From IMG/VR virus record IMGVR_UViG_3300033121_000366: a DNA stretch of 64,000 nucleotides; one strand, given 5' to 3'. The notes beneath the pieces were generated by a model. It made no database searches. It saw only the letters and a program-made list of their open reading frames with translations, and had not been told where the DNA came from. A program made the translations under genes and the position numbers. Below, one piece after another: positions 1 through 10,059 of this stretch (its first letter is position 1; the number at the start of each line of letters is the position of its first letter). This stretch comes from an uncultured virus (IMG/VR IMGVR_UViG_3300033121_000366). Lineage: Duplodnaviria; Heunggongvirae; Uroviricota; Caudoviricetes.

Positions 1-204
1 GTTATTCTACTATCATGTAAATCAGGTATATCATACTTATGGAGGGTATATGTATATCATGTCCTATGAGGGAATATAAATCAGTATTATATGGTATCAT
101 GATAGTTCATATAATATGGGTGGGTTTGTGTTATAACACGTATTATTAATCTATGTGGTGATTTTTTGTATCATGTAGGGTGTGTGGTTATACATGATAG
201 TATT

Positions 205-351
205 TTACTGGAGTTTTTGTTTGTTGGATATATCAATTATATCTTCTAGGGAGGTGGTGGTGGAGATTTTATCTAGGGTGGAGGTATCTGAGGTATCGAG
301 TTTTATTACCACTGGGCAATCGTTTATGGTGACGGTAATTTCTTTAGTCAT
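205..351 (-). CDS. small hypothetical protein (48 aa, MTKEITVTINDCPVV...)
   Basis: Hand-translated ATG..TAA ORF below the track cutoff, same strand as neighbours. Confidence 0.35.
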   Translation of the reverse strand: MTKEITVTINDCPVVIKLDTSDTSTLDKISTTTSLEDIIDISNKQKLQ

Positions 352-401
352 AGGAGGAGGTATTATTTTTAATTTGGTATTACCTTGCTATACCAAGTGA
401 G

Positions 402-1418
402 TTATATGGAGTACTTATCTTGGAGTTCTAATATTTTATTTTGTACGGAGTTTATAATGGATGTATCTGCATTTTGTTGTTTGAGTTTAATCAGGGTATC
501 TTTAAGGTTTTGTATATGGTTTTTGTTTTGGTTTATCAGTGTTACGTGGTTTGGTGTTGGGTTATCTTTTGGTTTGGCATCAGTGGATGTAATTAATTTT
601 TTTAATTTATCTCTTTCTATGGTCAGGTATTTTATTTTATCTTGGTTAACATTATATGCTTTTGTAAAGGACTCTATTTTGGCTATGGTTGTGGTGGTGG
701 AGTTAGTATCCATCACTTGGTTGGTGGTATCATTTAATATTTGTTGTTTTTGTTCATCTGTTGGATTTTGTATATTGGACAATTTTTGGTTTACTTGGGA
801 TTGTATCATATCATTGGCATCTCTGGTGGAGATCATGGTTTTGGATGTTTGGTTAACGATAGTTTTTTTATAATCTGTATTTTGTTGTAGGAGGTTTTGT
901 ATAAGGACATCGTATTCGTGTATTTTTCTTTTAATGGTTTTGTATGTGGATGTATGGTAATTATTGGCTGAGTTTAGTGTTTGTACTAGGTTTAGTTCAT
1001 GTAGGTATATCACATCGCATTCTTTTGTGGCGATGGATACTACTTCCATGGTGGTTGGTGAGAGGTCTATGTAGCATTCGATATTTCTAAGGTAATTATC
1101 TAGAGTTGCGAATGATAGTGGACCTGTTGGTCCTATAGGTTCTCTATTGCCTGTTGGACCGGTTGGGCCTGTTGGAGTGGTTCCGGTAGGTCCTGTTGGT
1201 TGGCATATCAGGAAACTAGGATATATTGAGCCAGTTGGTGTGGTGGTGGAGGTTGTATTAACTAATGGTGCTAGTGGTCCTTCTAATTGTTGGTATTTAT
1301 CAGGATCAATAAGTAGTAGGTTAAATTTTTGCAACAGTTGTACTACTTTAACGTGGTTAAAGGTAAGTAATCGGTTGGTGGTAAATTTAAATTCATCTAT
1401 TATTTTTTTAGCGTTCAT
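402..1418 (-). CDS. hypothetical protein with collagen-like PTG/GPT repeat and coiled-coil C-terminus
   Basis: 338-aa ORF, ATGA overlap with upstream gene; PTGPTGTTPTGPTGPTGNREPIGPTGP. Confidence 0.7.
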   Translation of the reverse strand: MNAKKIIDEFKFTTNRLLTFNHVKVVQLLQKFNLLLIDPDKYQQLEGPLAPLVNTTSTTTPTGSIYPSFLICQPTGPTGTTPTGPTGPTGNREPIGPTGPLSFATLDNYLRNIECYIDLSPTTMEVVSIATKECDVIYLHELNLVQTLNSANNYHTSTYKTIKRKIHEYDVLIQNLLQQNTDYKKTIVNQTSKTMISTRDANDMIQSQVNQKLSNIQNPTDEQKQQILNDTTNQVMDTNSTTTTIAKIESFTKAYNVNQDKIKYLTIERDKLKKLITSTDAKPKDNPTPNHVTLINQNKNHIQNLKDTLIKLKQQNADTSIINSVQNKILELQDKYSI

Positions 1419-1735
1419 TGGGTTGTTTTATAATTTAGCATAATAAAGGCTTTTCTCAGGATGGGTATATGTTTTTCATCTTGAATTTTTATATATTCAT
1501 TTACGTTTTCTTTTTTGAGTTTATCGAGGAAAAGGTTCCATTCTTCATCTATCAGGCGGTAGGAGGATTGAGTGGTTTTAATATCGGTCATAGTAATTTC
1601 TATTATATTATCATTTGTATTGCCTATAGGTTTTATAAAGGCTAATGTTGTTTGTTTGGAATTTTTCAATTCTTTCATCAGTTCATCTTCTAGGAGTTGT
1701 ACTATATCAATCATAGTATCCATATTTATATTCAT
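1415..1735 (-). CDS. hypothetical protein
   Basis: ORF in tightly packed minus-strand run with ATGA overlaps. Confidence 0.65.
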   Translation of the reverse strand: MNINMDTMIDIVQLLEDELMKELKNSKQTTLAFIKPIGNTNDNIIEITMTDIKTTQSSYRLIDEEWNLFLDKLKKENVNEYIKIQDEKHIPILRKAFIMLNYKTTQ

Positions 1736-2025
1736 TTCAAATATTGGTTAAGTGCATTATTTATTTTATCATGATAATGATTAATGCTATTATTACAAAC
1801 ATCAATCTTATTAAACATTACATTTATATCATTTATATGATCGGTTATTTTGTAAGAATTTGTACATTTAATTGCTTCACTTTTTATATTTTCATAATAA
1901 TCTATAAGGTTAAATGTTGATTCTATAGATTCTATCTCTTCTTCTGTAAATTTTATGGATTGGAATGATATATTATTATTGGATAAAATATCATGTAAAT
2001 TGATATAATATAGCTTATTATTCAC
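1732..2025 (-). CDS. hypothetical protein
   Basis: Packed ORF. Confidence 0.6.
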   Translation of the reverse strand: MNNKLYYINLHDILSNNNISFQSIKFTEEEIESIESTFNLIDYYENIKSEAIKCTNSYKITDHINDINVMFNKIDVCNNSINHYHDKINNALNQYLK

Positions 2026-2260
2026 GGGTTATCTCCATTATTTCATCTTTATACGCTTTAATATCATTCCTTAGACCTTGTATAATCAAATCTTTTTCAT
2101 TTAGATCTTTTTCATATAAATTTGATATTTCGCGTAATATATCAAGAAGTGCTTGTGAAGAGTTAAGATTAACTGCTGTAGATTCTGAACCATGTATAAT
2201 AGGTTTAGCTAATTTCATTATTTTATCTTTAAATTCTTTTTTTCGTGTTGTTGTATCATT
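2018..2260 (-). CDS. hypothetical protein (probable start MNDTTTRKK)
   Basis: Packed ORF; internal ATG overlaps upstream stop. Confidence 0.6.
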   Translation of the reverse strand, partial: NDTTTRKKEFKDKIMKLAKPIIHGSESTAVNLNSSQALLDILREISNLYEKDLNEKDLIIQGLRNDIKAYKDEIMEITRE

Positions 2261-2885
2261 CATCTTGGTTATCCTTCTCAATTATTTGTATCTCTTTAAC
2301 ATATAAAAATGCATCTGATATACACTGGTCTATTGTATTAAAAGATTTAAATGGTGTATATTCTACATCTTGAAATGACAATTCAGAGGATATAAATCTA
2401 TATTTATTATTATAGAACAATTTTACCAATTTAAATTTATATGTACCAAATGTGAGTATAAAATCATTATCTCTTAGTGAGAGACCTCGTGTATTATCAT
2501 CTTTACGTAATACTGAAGGTTTACTTGGTTTATTTTTATCTCTTCTTATTTTTTCCTCTATTATAGGAATCATCATTGTGGATACTGTAGTTTTTAAACG
2601 GTATCCTAAAAATTTATGTATATTACATTCTTCTATCAGGTCTTGTAATTTGGTTTCAAATTTAGCAAGATCAACATTTCTAAGGTGTGAATCAAATTTT
2701 CCTAATACATCATCATTAGCAATAATAAATGTTGTCAATTCTGATATATTTTCGATTAGAAAATTCATAACATATTTATGGTAACTTTCTTCATATTCTT
2801 TATCAATTTTATCATTTACATTTTTGATGTAGTTCTTATCATCATCTGATAAATAGTACATATCATCACTCATATTATTCTCCAA
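2256..2885 (-). CDS. hypothetical protein
   Basis: 209-aa ORF. Confidence 0.7.
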   Translation of the reverse strand: MENNMSDDMYYLSDDDKNYIKNVNDKIDKEYEESYHKYVMNFLIENISELTTFIIANDDVLGKFDSHLRNVDLAKFETKLQDLIEECNIHKFLGYRLKTTVSTMMIPIIEEKIRRDKNKPSKPSVLRKDDNTRGLSLRDNDFILTFGTYKFKLVKLFYNNKYRFISSELSFQDVEYTPFKSFNTIDQCISDAFLYVKEIQIIEKDNQDE

Positions 2886-3153
2886 ATTCTATTATTCTGT
2901 TGGCATATTTTATTAAAGTGTTGGCTAATTCTAATCTAGCATCTTTATATGTTTTAAAATCTTTATCTAATATAGATTGTAATTTTTCATCATAAATTTT
3001 TAATGGGTCTTTTGTTATTGCGTTTATTATTATATGGTATCTAGTATTCTTTGGATGAACACAGAGATATTCATACCTACGTACATCTAAAAAATCAAGA
3101 TCAAATATTTTATCACCAGGTTTAAGTTCATTTACCATTTTAATGGACATCAC
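2875..3153 (-). CDS. hypothetical protein
   Basis: Packed ORF. Confidence 0.6.
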   Translation of the reverse strand: MMSIKMVNELKPGDKIFDLDFLDVRRYEYLCVHPKNTRYHIIINAITKDPLKIYDEKLQSILDKDFKTYKDARLELANTLIKYANRIIEFGE

Positions 3154-3328
3154 AATACTCCATCATAATTTGTAAAGCTTCATCATAGCTACCACAATCA
3201 AATATCTTATTTGACATCTCTTTAGCTTCTTTTTCTAGACCTTCTCTTTTTAAGGCTTTGCTACATATTCCCATAAGGTTAAAAACATTTCCATTTTCAC
3301 CTATCAATTTAACTTTAGGTTTTTTCAT
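3140..3328 (-). CDS. small conserved phage protein
   Basis: KLIGENGNVFNLMG...SYDEALQIMMEY pattern common in phage ORFs. Confidence 0.7.
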   Translation of the reverse strand: MKKPKVKLIGENGNVFNLMGICSKALKREGLEKEAKEMSNKIFDCGSYDEALQIMMEYCDVH

Positions 3329-3657
3329 AAGGATTTTTCTAAAAAATCAATTTTATAATTAATATCATTTAACAGACTGGTTGTTTTATCAGTTTCTAAA
3401 TCGTAATGTTTTTTATCTCTTTGTAATTGAAAAACGTATACGATGAGCGAAATTACAACTGTAACCATTATGGTAGCCATAATGGATATGGAGTAGCGTG
3501 CTACGACTGGATCTCTATACATATATGAATTTGGTCCTTGAGTATCTAATCCAATTAGATGAAAGAATAAAAAGAATAACGGTATAGCTGGTACAACAGT
3601 TGAAAATATCCAGAATCTTATAGTATCTATACGTTCTCTTTTTTTGGATAATTTCAT
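3325..3657 (-). CDS. membrane protein, 2 TM
   Basis: Two hydrophobic stretches. Confidence 0.65.
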   Translation of the reverse strand: MKLSKKRERIDTIRFWIFSTVVPAIPLFFLFFHLIGLDTQGPNSYMYRDPVVARYSISIMATIMVTVVISLIVYVFQLQRDKKHYDLETDKTTSLLNDINYKIDFLEKSL

Positions 3658-3826
3658 TCTTTTGAAGTCTTAAAAGTTCTATAGCTTCTTTTACCAATTT
3701 AGTATCATCATCTACAAATGTACGATTGCTATATAATTGTCTAGAATTATCTGGATTAGGATTTGTGAAATCTTTAAATGATAATATCATTCCACTGTCT
3801 TCAAGGTATTGACAAGGTTGTAACAT

Positions 3827-4102
3827 TTATAAATTACTTTTAGGAAATTGACTAAAAAAGTTATCTTCTTCTATTTCTTTATCAGTCATTACTTCTCCTT
3901 TTAATCCTGAAATTAAAAGTTCTTTTGATTTGAACAATTTTCTTTCTCTATAGGATAAACCATTTACTAACTTATAAATAATGGAAGTTATTTTACTAAC
4001 TGCAAAAATATCAATTGATATGATAGTGCTACTGGTTATTTTATTTTCATGATTAAGGTACCATACCTCATCATCTATATCAAATTTTGTTTTTATTATC
4101 AT
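3827..4102 (-). CDS. hypothetical protein
   Basis: IKTKFDIDDEVWY N-terminus typical of small phage SH3-like proteins. Confidence 0.65.
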   Translation of the reverse strand: MIIKTKFDIDDEVWYLNHENKITSSTIISIDIFAVSKITSIIYKLVNGLSYRERKLFKSKELLISGLKGEVMTDKEIEEDNFFSQFPKSNL

Positions 4103-4998
4103 AATATTTGTTTTAATTCGGAAATTGGTATATCAAAAACTGATGCTACTGGTAGTGGTACACCATTTATACATTCCATAATTTTATTAATGGTACCATC
4201 ATTATTATAATGATAATTTTTATCAATCATTTTACCATTTTTATAAAATCTAGATTCTTGTATCATACCATTTGTATAATATAACATCCAGATACCATCC
4301 GGTTCACCTGCTAAAAATTGGGTTCGTAATTTTAAAGTACCATCTTGATAATTAACTATGTATGCACCAAAAAGTTTATCATAAATATAATTACACTGTG
4401 TATTTAGTTGACCATTATCATAATAATATCTATATGGTCCTATAAGTTTACCATCATTATAATGTGAATGATATTCTATTTTACCATTTTTATGGTAGGA
4501 TAAATATTCACCATTTAATAAATTATTTACTAATTTATATTTTTCTTTTAGTACTCTGGTATCAGAATCATAATATTTTTTAATTAACTGTACTCTATCG
4601 GTACCTTTTATAATGATATATGAATAGTGTAATTTACCATTCGTTAAATAAAAATAATGTTTTTCTTTATTATCTAAATAGATTTTTATATAATGTATTA
4701 TAGGTTCGTGCTGAGTAGAATATCTATATGAGATGCCTCTATTCTTGGCTAATTTTTTAATCTCATCTTCGTTAATATAGTTATATAATATTCTTGTACG
4801 TTTACTTTCATATATAATAGTACCTAAATTTCCAAGAATTATTTGCCATGCTTTTAATTCTTCTTTAGGAGTTAAATCATCTATATGTTTCAATAGAGAA
4901 TCCAAAACCGGTATATCTATAGTGTAATTTGTATTACTTACAGCATCTCTAATATTTTTTATATCATGTAATGTTATCATCTTGTTCATTATTACCAT
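4099..4998 (-). CDS. MORN-variant repeat (YwqK-like) protein
   Basis: Repeated G.Y..YY.NG motifs (YLSYHKNGK, YRYYYDNGQ, WMLYYTNGM). Confidence 0.8.
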   Translation of the reverse strand: MVIMNKMITLHDIKNIRDAVSNTNYTIDIPVLDSLLKHIDDLTPKEELKAWQIILGNLGTIIYESKRTRILYNYINEDEIKKLAKNRGISYRYSTQHEPIIHYIKIYLDNKEKHYFYLTNGKLHYSYIIIKGTDRVQLIKKYYDSDTRVLKEKYKLVNNLLNGEYLSYHKNGKIEYHSHYNDGKLIGPYRYYYDNGQLNTQCNYIYDKLFGAYIVNYQDGTLKLRTQFLAGEPDGIWMLYYTNGMIQESRFYKNGKMIDKNYHYNNDGTINKIMECINGVPLPVASVFDIPISELKQIL

Positions 4999-5007
4999 TT
5001 AAAGATA

Positions 5008-5040
5008 ATTGCACCATTATATCATCTACAATGGTGCAAT
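5008..5040. terminator. intergenic inverted repeat (ATTGCACCATT...AATGGTGCAAT)
   Basis: About 11-bp perfect stem between ORFs; no strong U-tract. Confidence 0.4.
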
Positions 5041-5084
5041 GTTTGTAATATTCGTATAACCAATTATCAGATAATGGTGTTGAA

Positions 5085-5678
5085 TTAAAACGGTTTAACA
5101 TAGTTAATTTGTTCTTGTTCGAGATAATTCATTTTCTTTTTTAGATTATCATCATGGATTGATGTATTATAATCACCAATAATTTGATCATTCACATAAT
5201 CTTGCATTTTTGTTGTAGATTCAGAATTTGGATCATACAATGGATGATTTGAATCTTCAAATGGATTATAATCTGGTATTATTTGTGGTCTGATATTTTT
5301 ATCGTAAATATAAACCATATCAGATTTATCTATTTTTTGAGTTTTATCGAAATCATTAGTATCATTAAATTCACTAATAGGAATATACAATGGATCATCT
5401 TCATTTTTACTTTTAATTTTTTCATATTTATCCAATTGTTCTATAAACTTATCAAAGAATTTACGTCTTTCGGATTTTGAATATTCTTCGAATTTAGAAT
5501 ATTCTCTTAATCTGATAATTGATTCTATTTTTTTAAATGTTTCAATATTCAGTTTTTCTTTAAATTTTAATAAAGAAGTTTCATGTTCTATAATGATATT
5601 TTTAATATCAGAATCATCAATATTATTTGTATTGTATGTATCGATTAAAAAATCGATTATATAATTATTTGTTTTCAT
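5085..5678 (-). CDS. hypothetical protein (probable start MKTNNYII)
   Basis: Track start overlaps the upstream ORF; internal ATG fits packing. Confidence 0.6.
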   Translation of the reverse strand: MKTNNYIIDFLIDTYNTNNIDDSDIKNIIIEHETSLLKFKEKLNIETFKKIESIIRLREYSKFEEYSKSERRKFFDKFIEQLDKYEKIKSKNEDDPLYIPISEFNDTNDFDKTQKIDKSDMVYIYDKNIRPQIIPDYNPFEDSNHPLYDPNSESTTKMQDYVNDQIIGDYNTSIHDDNLKKKMNYLEQEQINYVKPF

Positions 5679-5694
5679 AGTGTTTTTTAATTTT

Positions 5695-5901
5695 TTAATT
5701 TTTAATAAAGAGATTATCATTTTTACTAGTTGAACTATTAATATCGTTTGCTCCTTGGATATATCCCATATTATATACAGAATAAAAAATGAATAATAAT
5801 CCTTGAAGATCATCTGCTGGTGTGCTACTTTTTAATGTGGCATATGTGCCACAATCTTTCAAATTTTTTATGAATTTATCATACATATCATATCCTATCA
5901 A
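5695..5901 (-). CDS. hypothetical protein
   Basis: Packed ORF. Confidence 0.5.
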   Translation of the reverse strand: MIGYDMYDKFIKNLKDCGTYATLKSSTPADDLQGLLFIFYSVYNMGYIQGANDINSSTSKNDNLFIKN

Positions 5902-6508
5902 ATAATTGTTCAGTTAAAGATTCTCTTATTGAATGTACTATTTTCCAAAATAATGGAGTTTTATTTATTCTACCTTTTGCTTTATCAACGTTTTCAAACA
6001 TCATTTTTCTTATACCGTAAGAAAATTCAAATTGAACTCCCGCCTTTATTGCATTTTTATTAACTATATTGTTTTTAGATAAACCTAAAATATCTCTAAG
6101 AAAAGGTGCTTTATATTTATCTAAATCATTTTTTTGAAATATTTCATTTATATGTCTTATCATTTGAATATCTTGCCCTCCTATATAAATAAGAGGTTCT
6201 TTTTCATTTGAACCATGTATAGCTATTGATGTAGTTGAATTGGCTTGCATTGCCAAGCACGTAGGTTCATCAAAATTAGTGGATGTTATATGAAGTAGTT
6301 TATTATCATTCTTGCGTTTGGCAGTGAATGAATAATATGACATATCAGTAGATGCTATTTCTTTAACTAGTTCTGTTGTACCAGGTTCAATACCTCCACC
6401 ATGTGGTGTAAATATGAGTACATTTGTTTTTTTATTATATTCGATTATAAAATCTTCATTCAGTTTATAATCTGATAAAAGATGATTGTAATTTTTATAT
6501 AAATCCAT
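5888..6508 (-). CDS. poly-gamma-glutamate hydrolase family protein (PghP/DUF867-like)
   Basis: PHGGGIEPGTTE, HITSTNFDEP, IAIHG and GVQFE motifs. Confidence 0.85.
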   Translation of the reverse strand: MDLYKNYNHLLSDYKLNEDFIIEYNKKTNVLIFTPHGGGIEPGTTELVKEIASTDMSYYSFTAKRKNDNKLLHITSTNFDEPTCLAMQANSTTSIAIHGSNEKEPLIYIGGQDIQMIRHINEIFQKNDLDKYKAPFLRDILGLSKNNIVNKNAIKAGVQFEFSYGIRKMMFENVDKAKGRINKTPLFWKIVHSIRESLTEQLFDRI

Positions 6509-6512
6509 AGCA

Positions 6513-7085
6513 TTACGAATAATATTTCATTCTTTTTAAAAAAGAATTTATAGTTGGTAGGTTATACAAATCATATGTTTTAATCTTTTTAACTGGATAA
6601 TATCCATTAGGAGAATCATCATCATTAATGTAGAATCTATCATTTTTCGAAAGCTTCTTTTTATTAAAGCCTTTATAGATCTCAAATCTCATTTTATCTA
6701 AATCTATAAGGTAGCACCATTCGCAACTAAGTGAATCATTTGCAAATTTTGTATCTAATTTAACTCTTCTTATAGAACCATCTAATATACCATATAATAT
6801 TTTTGCACCAGTATCAATTGTAATATCTGATATATAATAGCGAATATCTATACCATTTACATGTTTAATATCATTACCATTTCTTTGTTCTTCTATTATA
6901 AGTGAATATACATCTTCTAATGTTGAAAGATAATCTACATTTAATGAAAATAATGATAAATTACTATTTAGTAAAAATTCTAATACTATCAATCCTTGTA
7001 CAGTTGGATAACCAGATGTTTGACAGTATTGGGCTACCTTAATCTCTTTATTTTTAACAACTACAGTTAGGCTTCTGGTGGACAT
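6513..7085 (-). CDS. conserved phage protein
   Basis: MSTRSLT..AQY..GYP and CEWCYLIDLD pattern. Confidence 0.7.
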   Translation of the reverse strand: MSTRSLTVVVKNKEIKVAQYCQTSGYPTVQGLIVLEFLLNSNLSLFSLNVDYLSTLEDVYSLIIEEQRNGNDIKHVNGIDIRYYISDITIDTGAKILYGILDGSIRRVKLDTKFANDSLSCEWCYLIDLDKMRFEIYKGFNKKKLSKNDRFYINDDDSPNGYYPVKKIKTYDLYNLPTINSFLKRMKYYS

Positions 7086-7483
7086 CCATATAACCTTTCA
7101 AAATCTTCTAATTCTTTTTTGTGTCTTTTCAAAATAGAATCTTTGGTATGTTTTGTATTTTTCCGTTTTTCTTCATTAAAGTATTCAATTTCATCTTCGG
7201 ATGATTTTTTTATCAAAAATGATTCAATTTCATATTCTTGATGGTCTTCATGAAAAAATAAAGTTACATAATTAGCACCATTATTTTGAGCAACTTGTAA
7301 ACTATGTATGATTCTATCTATATTTATAGGTTGTATATCCGAGTATGTACTTTTACATGTAAAAATATAATCATCATACAATTCATCACCATTTTCATCA
7401 AAAAATCCAAAATCATCTTCTATACTAACGTATAGATCTTCTTTTGATATAAGAGTTTTATGTAAATATAAATTTTTACCCAT
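7067..7483 (-). CDS. hypothetical protein (probable start MGKNLYLHK)
   Basis: Packed ORF; internal ATG overlaps upstream stop. Confidence 0.6.
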   Translation of the reverse strand: MGKNLYLHKTLISKEDLYVSIEDDFGFFDENGDELYDDYIFTCKSTYSDIQPINIDRIIHSLQVAQNNGANYVTLFFHEDHQEYEIESFLIKKSSEDEIEYFNEEKRKNTKHTKDSILKRHKKELEDFERLYGCPPEA

Positions 7484-7907
7484 TTGATAATTGCATTTTA
7501 AGGTTATTAATAGAATTTGAATTATAAATAACTTTACCTCCGATATTATTCCAATCAACACCCTTAATTAATCTTGGTTTAATATTTTTGGATCTACTAC
7601 CATTTCTATAATGTTTTAAAGAAGTTTCCGATCTATTGAGAATTCTCATAGCATCTTTGTTTCCAATAAAATATGTTCTTTTTCTACAACCACGTTTAGA
7701 TCTATTTTTAGCAATATTTCTAATTGATTTTTCATTATACATGACAGTTCTACCTTCTTTTTTCCAATCTTGACCTTCTATAAGTTGTGGCTTATAATAA
7801 CCATTTTTATGGTAACCTTTTCTCAAAGAGTAGAAATATTGATAATTTCTATAACCAATAATTTCCATAGCTTTATGTACGCGAATCCAATTTGTTGAAT
7901 CATTCAT
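7476..7907 (-). CDS. putative DNA-binding protein with two internal repeats
   Basis: Duplicated AM.IL...KP.LI.G.DW...G..V.YN..SI unit; basic. Confidence 0.55.
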   Translation of the reverse strand: MNDSTNWIRVHKAMEIIGYRNYQYFYSLRKGYHKNGYYKPQLIEGQDWKKEGRTVMYNEKSIRNIAKNRSKRGCRKRTYFIGNKDAMRILNRSETSLKHYRNGSRSKNIKPRLIKGVDWNNIGGKVIYNSNSINNLKMQLSNG

Positions 7908-7944
7908 AATATAATCCTTAAATAAATTAAAAAACTACAAGTTG

Positions 7945-8031
7945 CGGAGAGTGAAGGAATCGAACCTTCGCTGGGATTAACCAGACTTGTTTAGCAAACA
8001 AGCGTAACAAACCAACATTTACCTACTCTCC
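7945..8031 (-). tRNA. tRNA-Ser(GCT)
   Basis: GGAGAGT/ACTCTCC acceptor, CTTGT-TTGCTAA-ACAAG anticodon arm, long V-arm, GGTTCGATTCC. Confidence 0.95.
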
Positions 8032-8036
8032 TATTA

Positions 8037-8225
8037 TCATTTTTTTTCTATTTTACAAAAATACTTACCAGTGTGATTATTTTTACATGTCAGGTAAATT
8101 GATATAGCACAATCATTTGTTTGTTGATTGTTTACCTCTGTTATAATTTTATTAACTTTGATATTCAAACTTTCATATTCAACATATATTATATCATCAC
8201 ATCTATTGCACTTGATAGTTTTCAT
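8037..8225 (-). CDS. small Zn-ribbon-like protein
   Basis: CxxC ... CxxxH. Confidence 0.55.
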   Translation of the reverse strand: MKTIKCNRCDDIIYVEYESLNIKVNKIITEVNNQQTNDCAISIYLTCKNNHTGKYFCKIEKK

Positions 8226-8226
8226 A

Positions 8227-8538
8227 TTATTGTTTATTTATAGTTGTAATACGTGATTCAATTATATAATTTGAATCAGTTAAATCAGCATAACTTTTAG
8301 TCACTATATTTTTTCTTATATCATCCAAGAGTTTATCAGAACATTGCTTTTCTAACTTGTTTATATATTCTGCATCTCTATATTGCATATAGATGTAATC
8401 ATCTCTTGAAATTTCTATTTTTGATACATATTCATCAATTTTACCATATTTTACATCTGGTAAAATTTTAACTAATGGATTTGTATTAACTATACAATAA
8501 CCGAATTTAGATAATATTTTATTTAGGAAAATTCTCAT
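8227..8538 (-). CDS. hypothetical protein
   Basis: Packed ORF. Confidence 0.6.
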   Translation of the reverse strand: MRIFLNKILSKFGYCIVNTNPLVKILPDVKYGKIDEYVSKIEISRDDYIYMQYRDAEYINKLEKQCSDKLLDDIRKNIVTKSYADLTDSNYIIESRITTINKQ

Positions 8539-8783
8539 TTTCTATTTTCTATAATAACTTCACCTTCTAATATTCCATAATTAGAATATTCTTTAAAATG
8601 AAATTTATGTGTGGTTGTATTTTCAACAACAATCCAAAGATTATCATCTTTCCAAGTAGAGCTTATAAACCTTTCATTCGATTGAATAGTTATATGTTCT
8701 GTACCACCAAATTTTTTGGCTAATTGGTTTTCTGTACATGATGCTAATGAAAATAGCACGATTAATGCGAGTAATGTTTTCAT
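8535..8783 (-). CDS. putative lipoprotein (probable start MKTLLAL)
   Basis: MKTLLALIVLFSLAS-C lipobox. Confidence 0.7.
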   Translation of the reverse strand: MKTLLALIVLFSLASCTENQLAKKFGGTEHITIQSNERFISSTWKDDNLWIVVENTTTHKFHFKEYSNYGILEGEVIIENRK

Positions 8784-8787
8784 ATAT

Positions 8788-9378
8788 TTAAACAAAATCT
8801 GTATAATTAATATCGTAAACTTTGTAAGATTTATCATTAATAGGTATACCATTAATTTCAACAACTAAACGATCATCGTATAGATCTATAATTGTGCATG
8901 ATACTCTATCATTAGAATCTTCTTTTCCTAAAGAAGATGATTCTACATATATTGTTTTACCAACATATGGTTTATTTATTTCAGATAATGTTAGGTAAAA
9001 TGAACCATACATTGTATTTGTACAATATTGTATAGTATTTTTATCTTCGGAATAAAGTGGGTATAAATTTTTTACCATATATCCACCACCATCATATGGA
9101 CCATATTTATTATCAGGTAAAAATGCTATTCGATCTATATTTAGATTAGATGTAACTTGTTCTATATGTTCTGCAATATCTTCATCTGAATAAATATTTT
9201 GAGAAAATATAACTGTTAATGCTCTTGCAGGAAGAGTATCATTATCATCCTTAAATAATAAGGATGATAAACCAATAGATGGCTTAATATAATTTAAATA
9301 TTGTACAGTATATGTATATTTTTGTCTATCAAGCCATTTAATGGCTTCTGCTATTGTTGTTATTTTATTTAAATTCAT
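8788..9378 (-). CDS. hypothetical protein
   Basis: 196-aa ORF. Confidence 0.65.
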   Translation of the reverse strand: MNLNKITTIAEAIKWLDRQKYTYTVQYLNYIKPSIGLSSLLFKDDNDTLPARALTVIFSQNIYSDEDIAEHIEQVTSNLNIDRIAFLPDNKYGPYDGGGYMVKNLYPLYSEDKNTIQYCTNTMYGSFYLTLSEINKPYVGKTIYVESSSLGKEDSNDRVSCTIIDLYDDRLVVEINGIPINDKSYKVYDINYTDFV

Positions 9379-9572
9379 TTGAAATTATTTATAATGATAA
9401 TTGGATAATAAAATTCAGTACCTATTGTATATGGAGCTATCAATACATTATTTTCTGGAAATTGTGCATCGTATTTTACTTGAGCATTTGCTATAATTTC
9501 CTCTCTTTTTCTTGGAGCAATGGTTGACTTAATTGCTAATGGTATTACCAGTATATCTTTCTTTAATGACAT
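9375..9572 (-). CDS. hypothetical protein
   Basis: ORF with AAGGA upstream, ATGA overlap downstream. Confidence 0.6.
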   Translation of the reverse strand: MSLKKDILVIPLAIKSTIAPRKREEIIANAQVKYDAQFPENNVLIAPYTIGTEFYYPIIIINNFK

Positions 9573-9604
9573 ATATTTATCCTTTATTTTATAAAATGTA
9601 AATT

Positions 9605-9865
9605 TTATTCGAAATTATTAACTAATTCTTGTAGTTTGATTGCGTGTATATTCGTTGATGACAATTTATCCCAAAGATCATCATCACCATTAAATGGTAT
9701 TCCTTTAATATATTGAGGATAATCTTTTAAGAAATTATCAAGTTGTGTAAGTGTATCATTATCATATACATCTTCTGTCTCCAGGAAAGAAACATCACCT
9801 GACCAAGTATTATATACAAAATTTTGAATGTTTTCTAGATATGGTTCTGTTGTAATATTAATCAT
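9605..9865 (-). CDS. hypothetical protein
   Basis: Packed ORF. Confidence 0.6.
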   Translation of the reverse strand: MINITTEPYLENIQNFVYNTWSGDVSFLETEDVYDNDTLTQLDNFLKDYPQYIKGIPFNGDDDLWDKLSSTNIHAIKLQELVNNFE

Positions 9866-10059
9866 TTTATATTATTATCATATAATTCTGAAATTCTGTA
9901 AACTTTATCATTTTTATCAAACCATATTGAGCGACAATTATAAATATTTATATTATCACCATATAAATTTGCATAATGGGTTAATCCCAAATTTTTTGCT
10001 TGTTCTATTGAAATAATTTTAAATAACCTAATGTATAATAGTTTTAATCTTCGTATCAT
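9862..10059 (-). CDS. hypothetical protein
   Basis: Packed ORF. Confidence 0.6.
   Translation of the reverse strand: MIRRLKLLYIRLFKIISIEQAKNLGLTHYANLYGDNINIYNCRSIWFDKNDKVYRISELYDNNIK

Noticed and set aside
182..1443. Plus-strand ORFs 182-400, 385-873, 1147-1443 and other short plus-strand ORFs opposite minus-strand genes
   Set aside because: Antisense shadows of packed minus-strand genes with no recognizable motifs
3515..3826. 103-aa ORF overlapping the next gene by ~140 nt
   Set aside because: The 5-prime part is probably coding but the boundaries are unclear; not enough support for a frameshift claim
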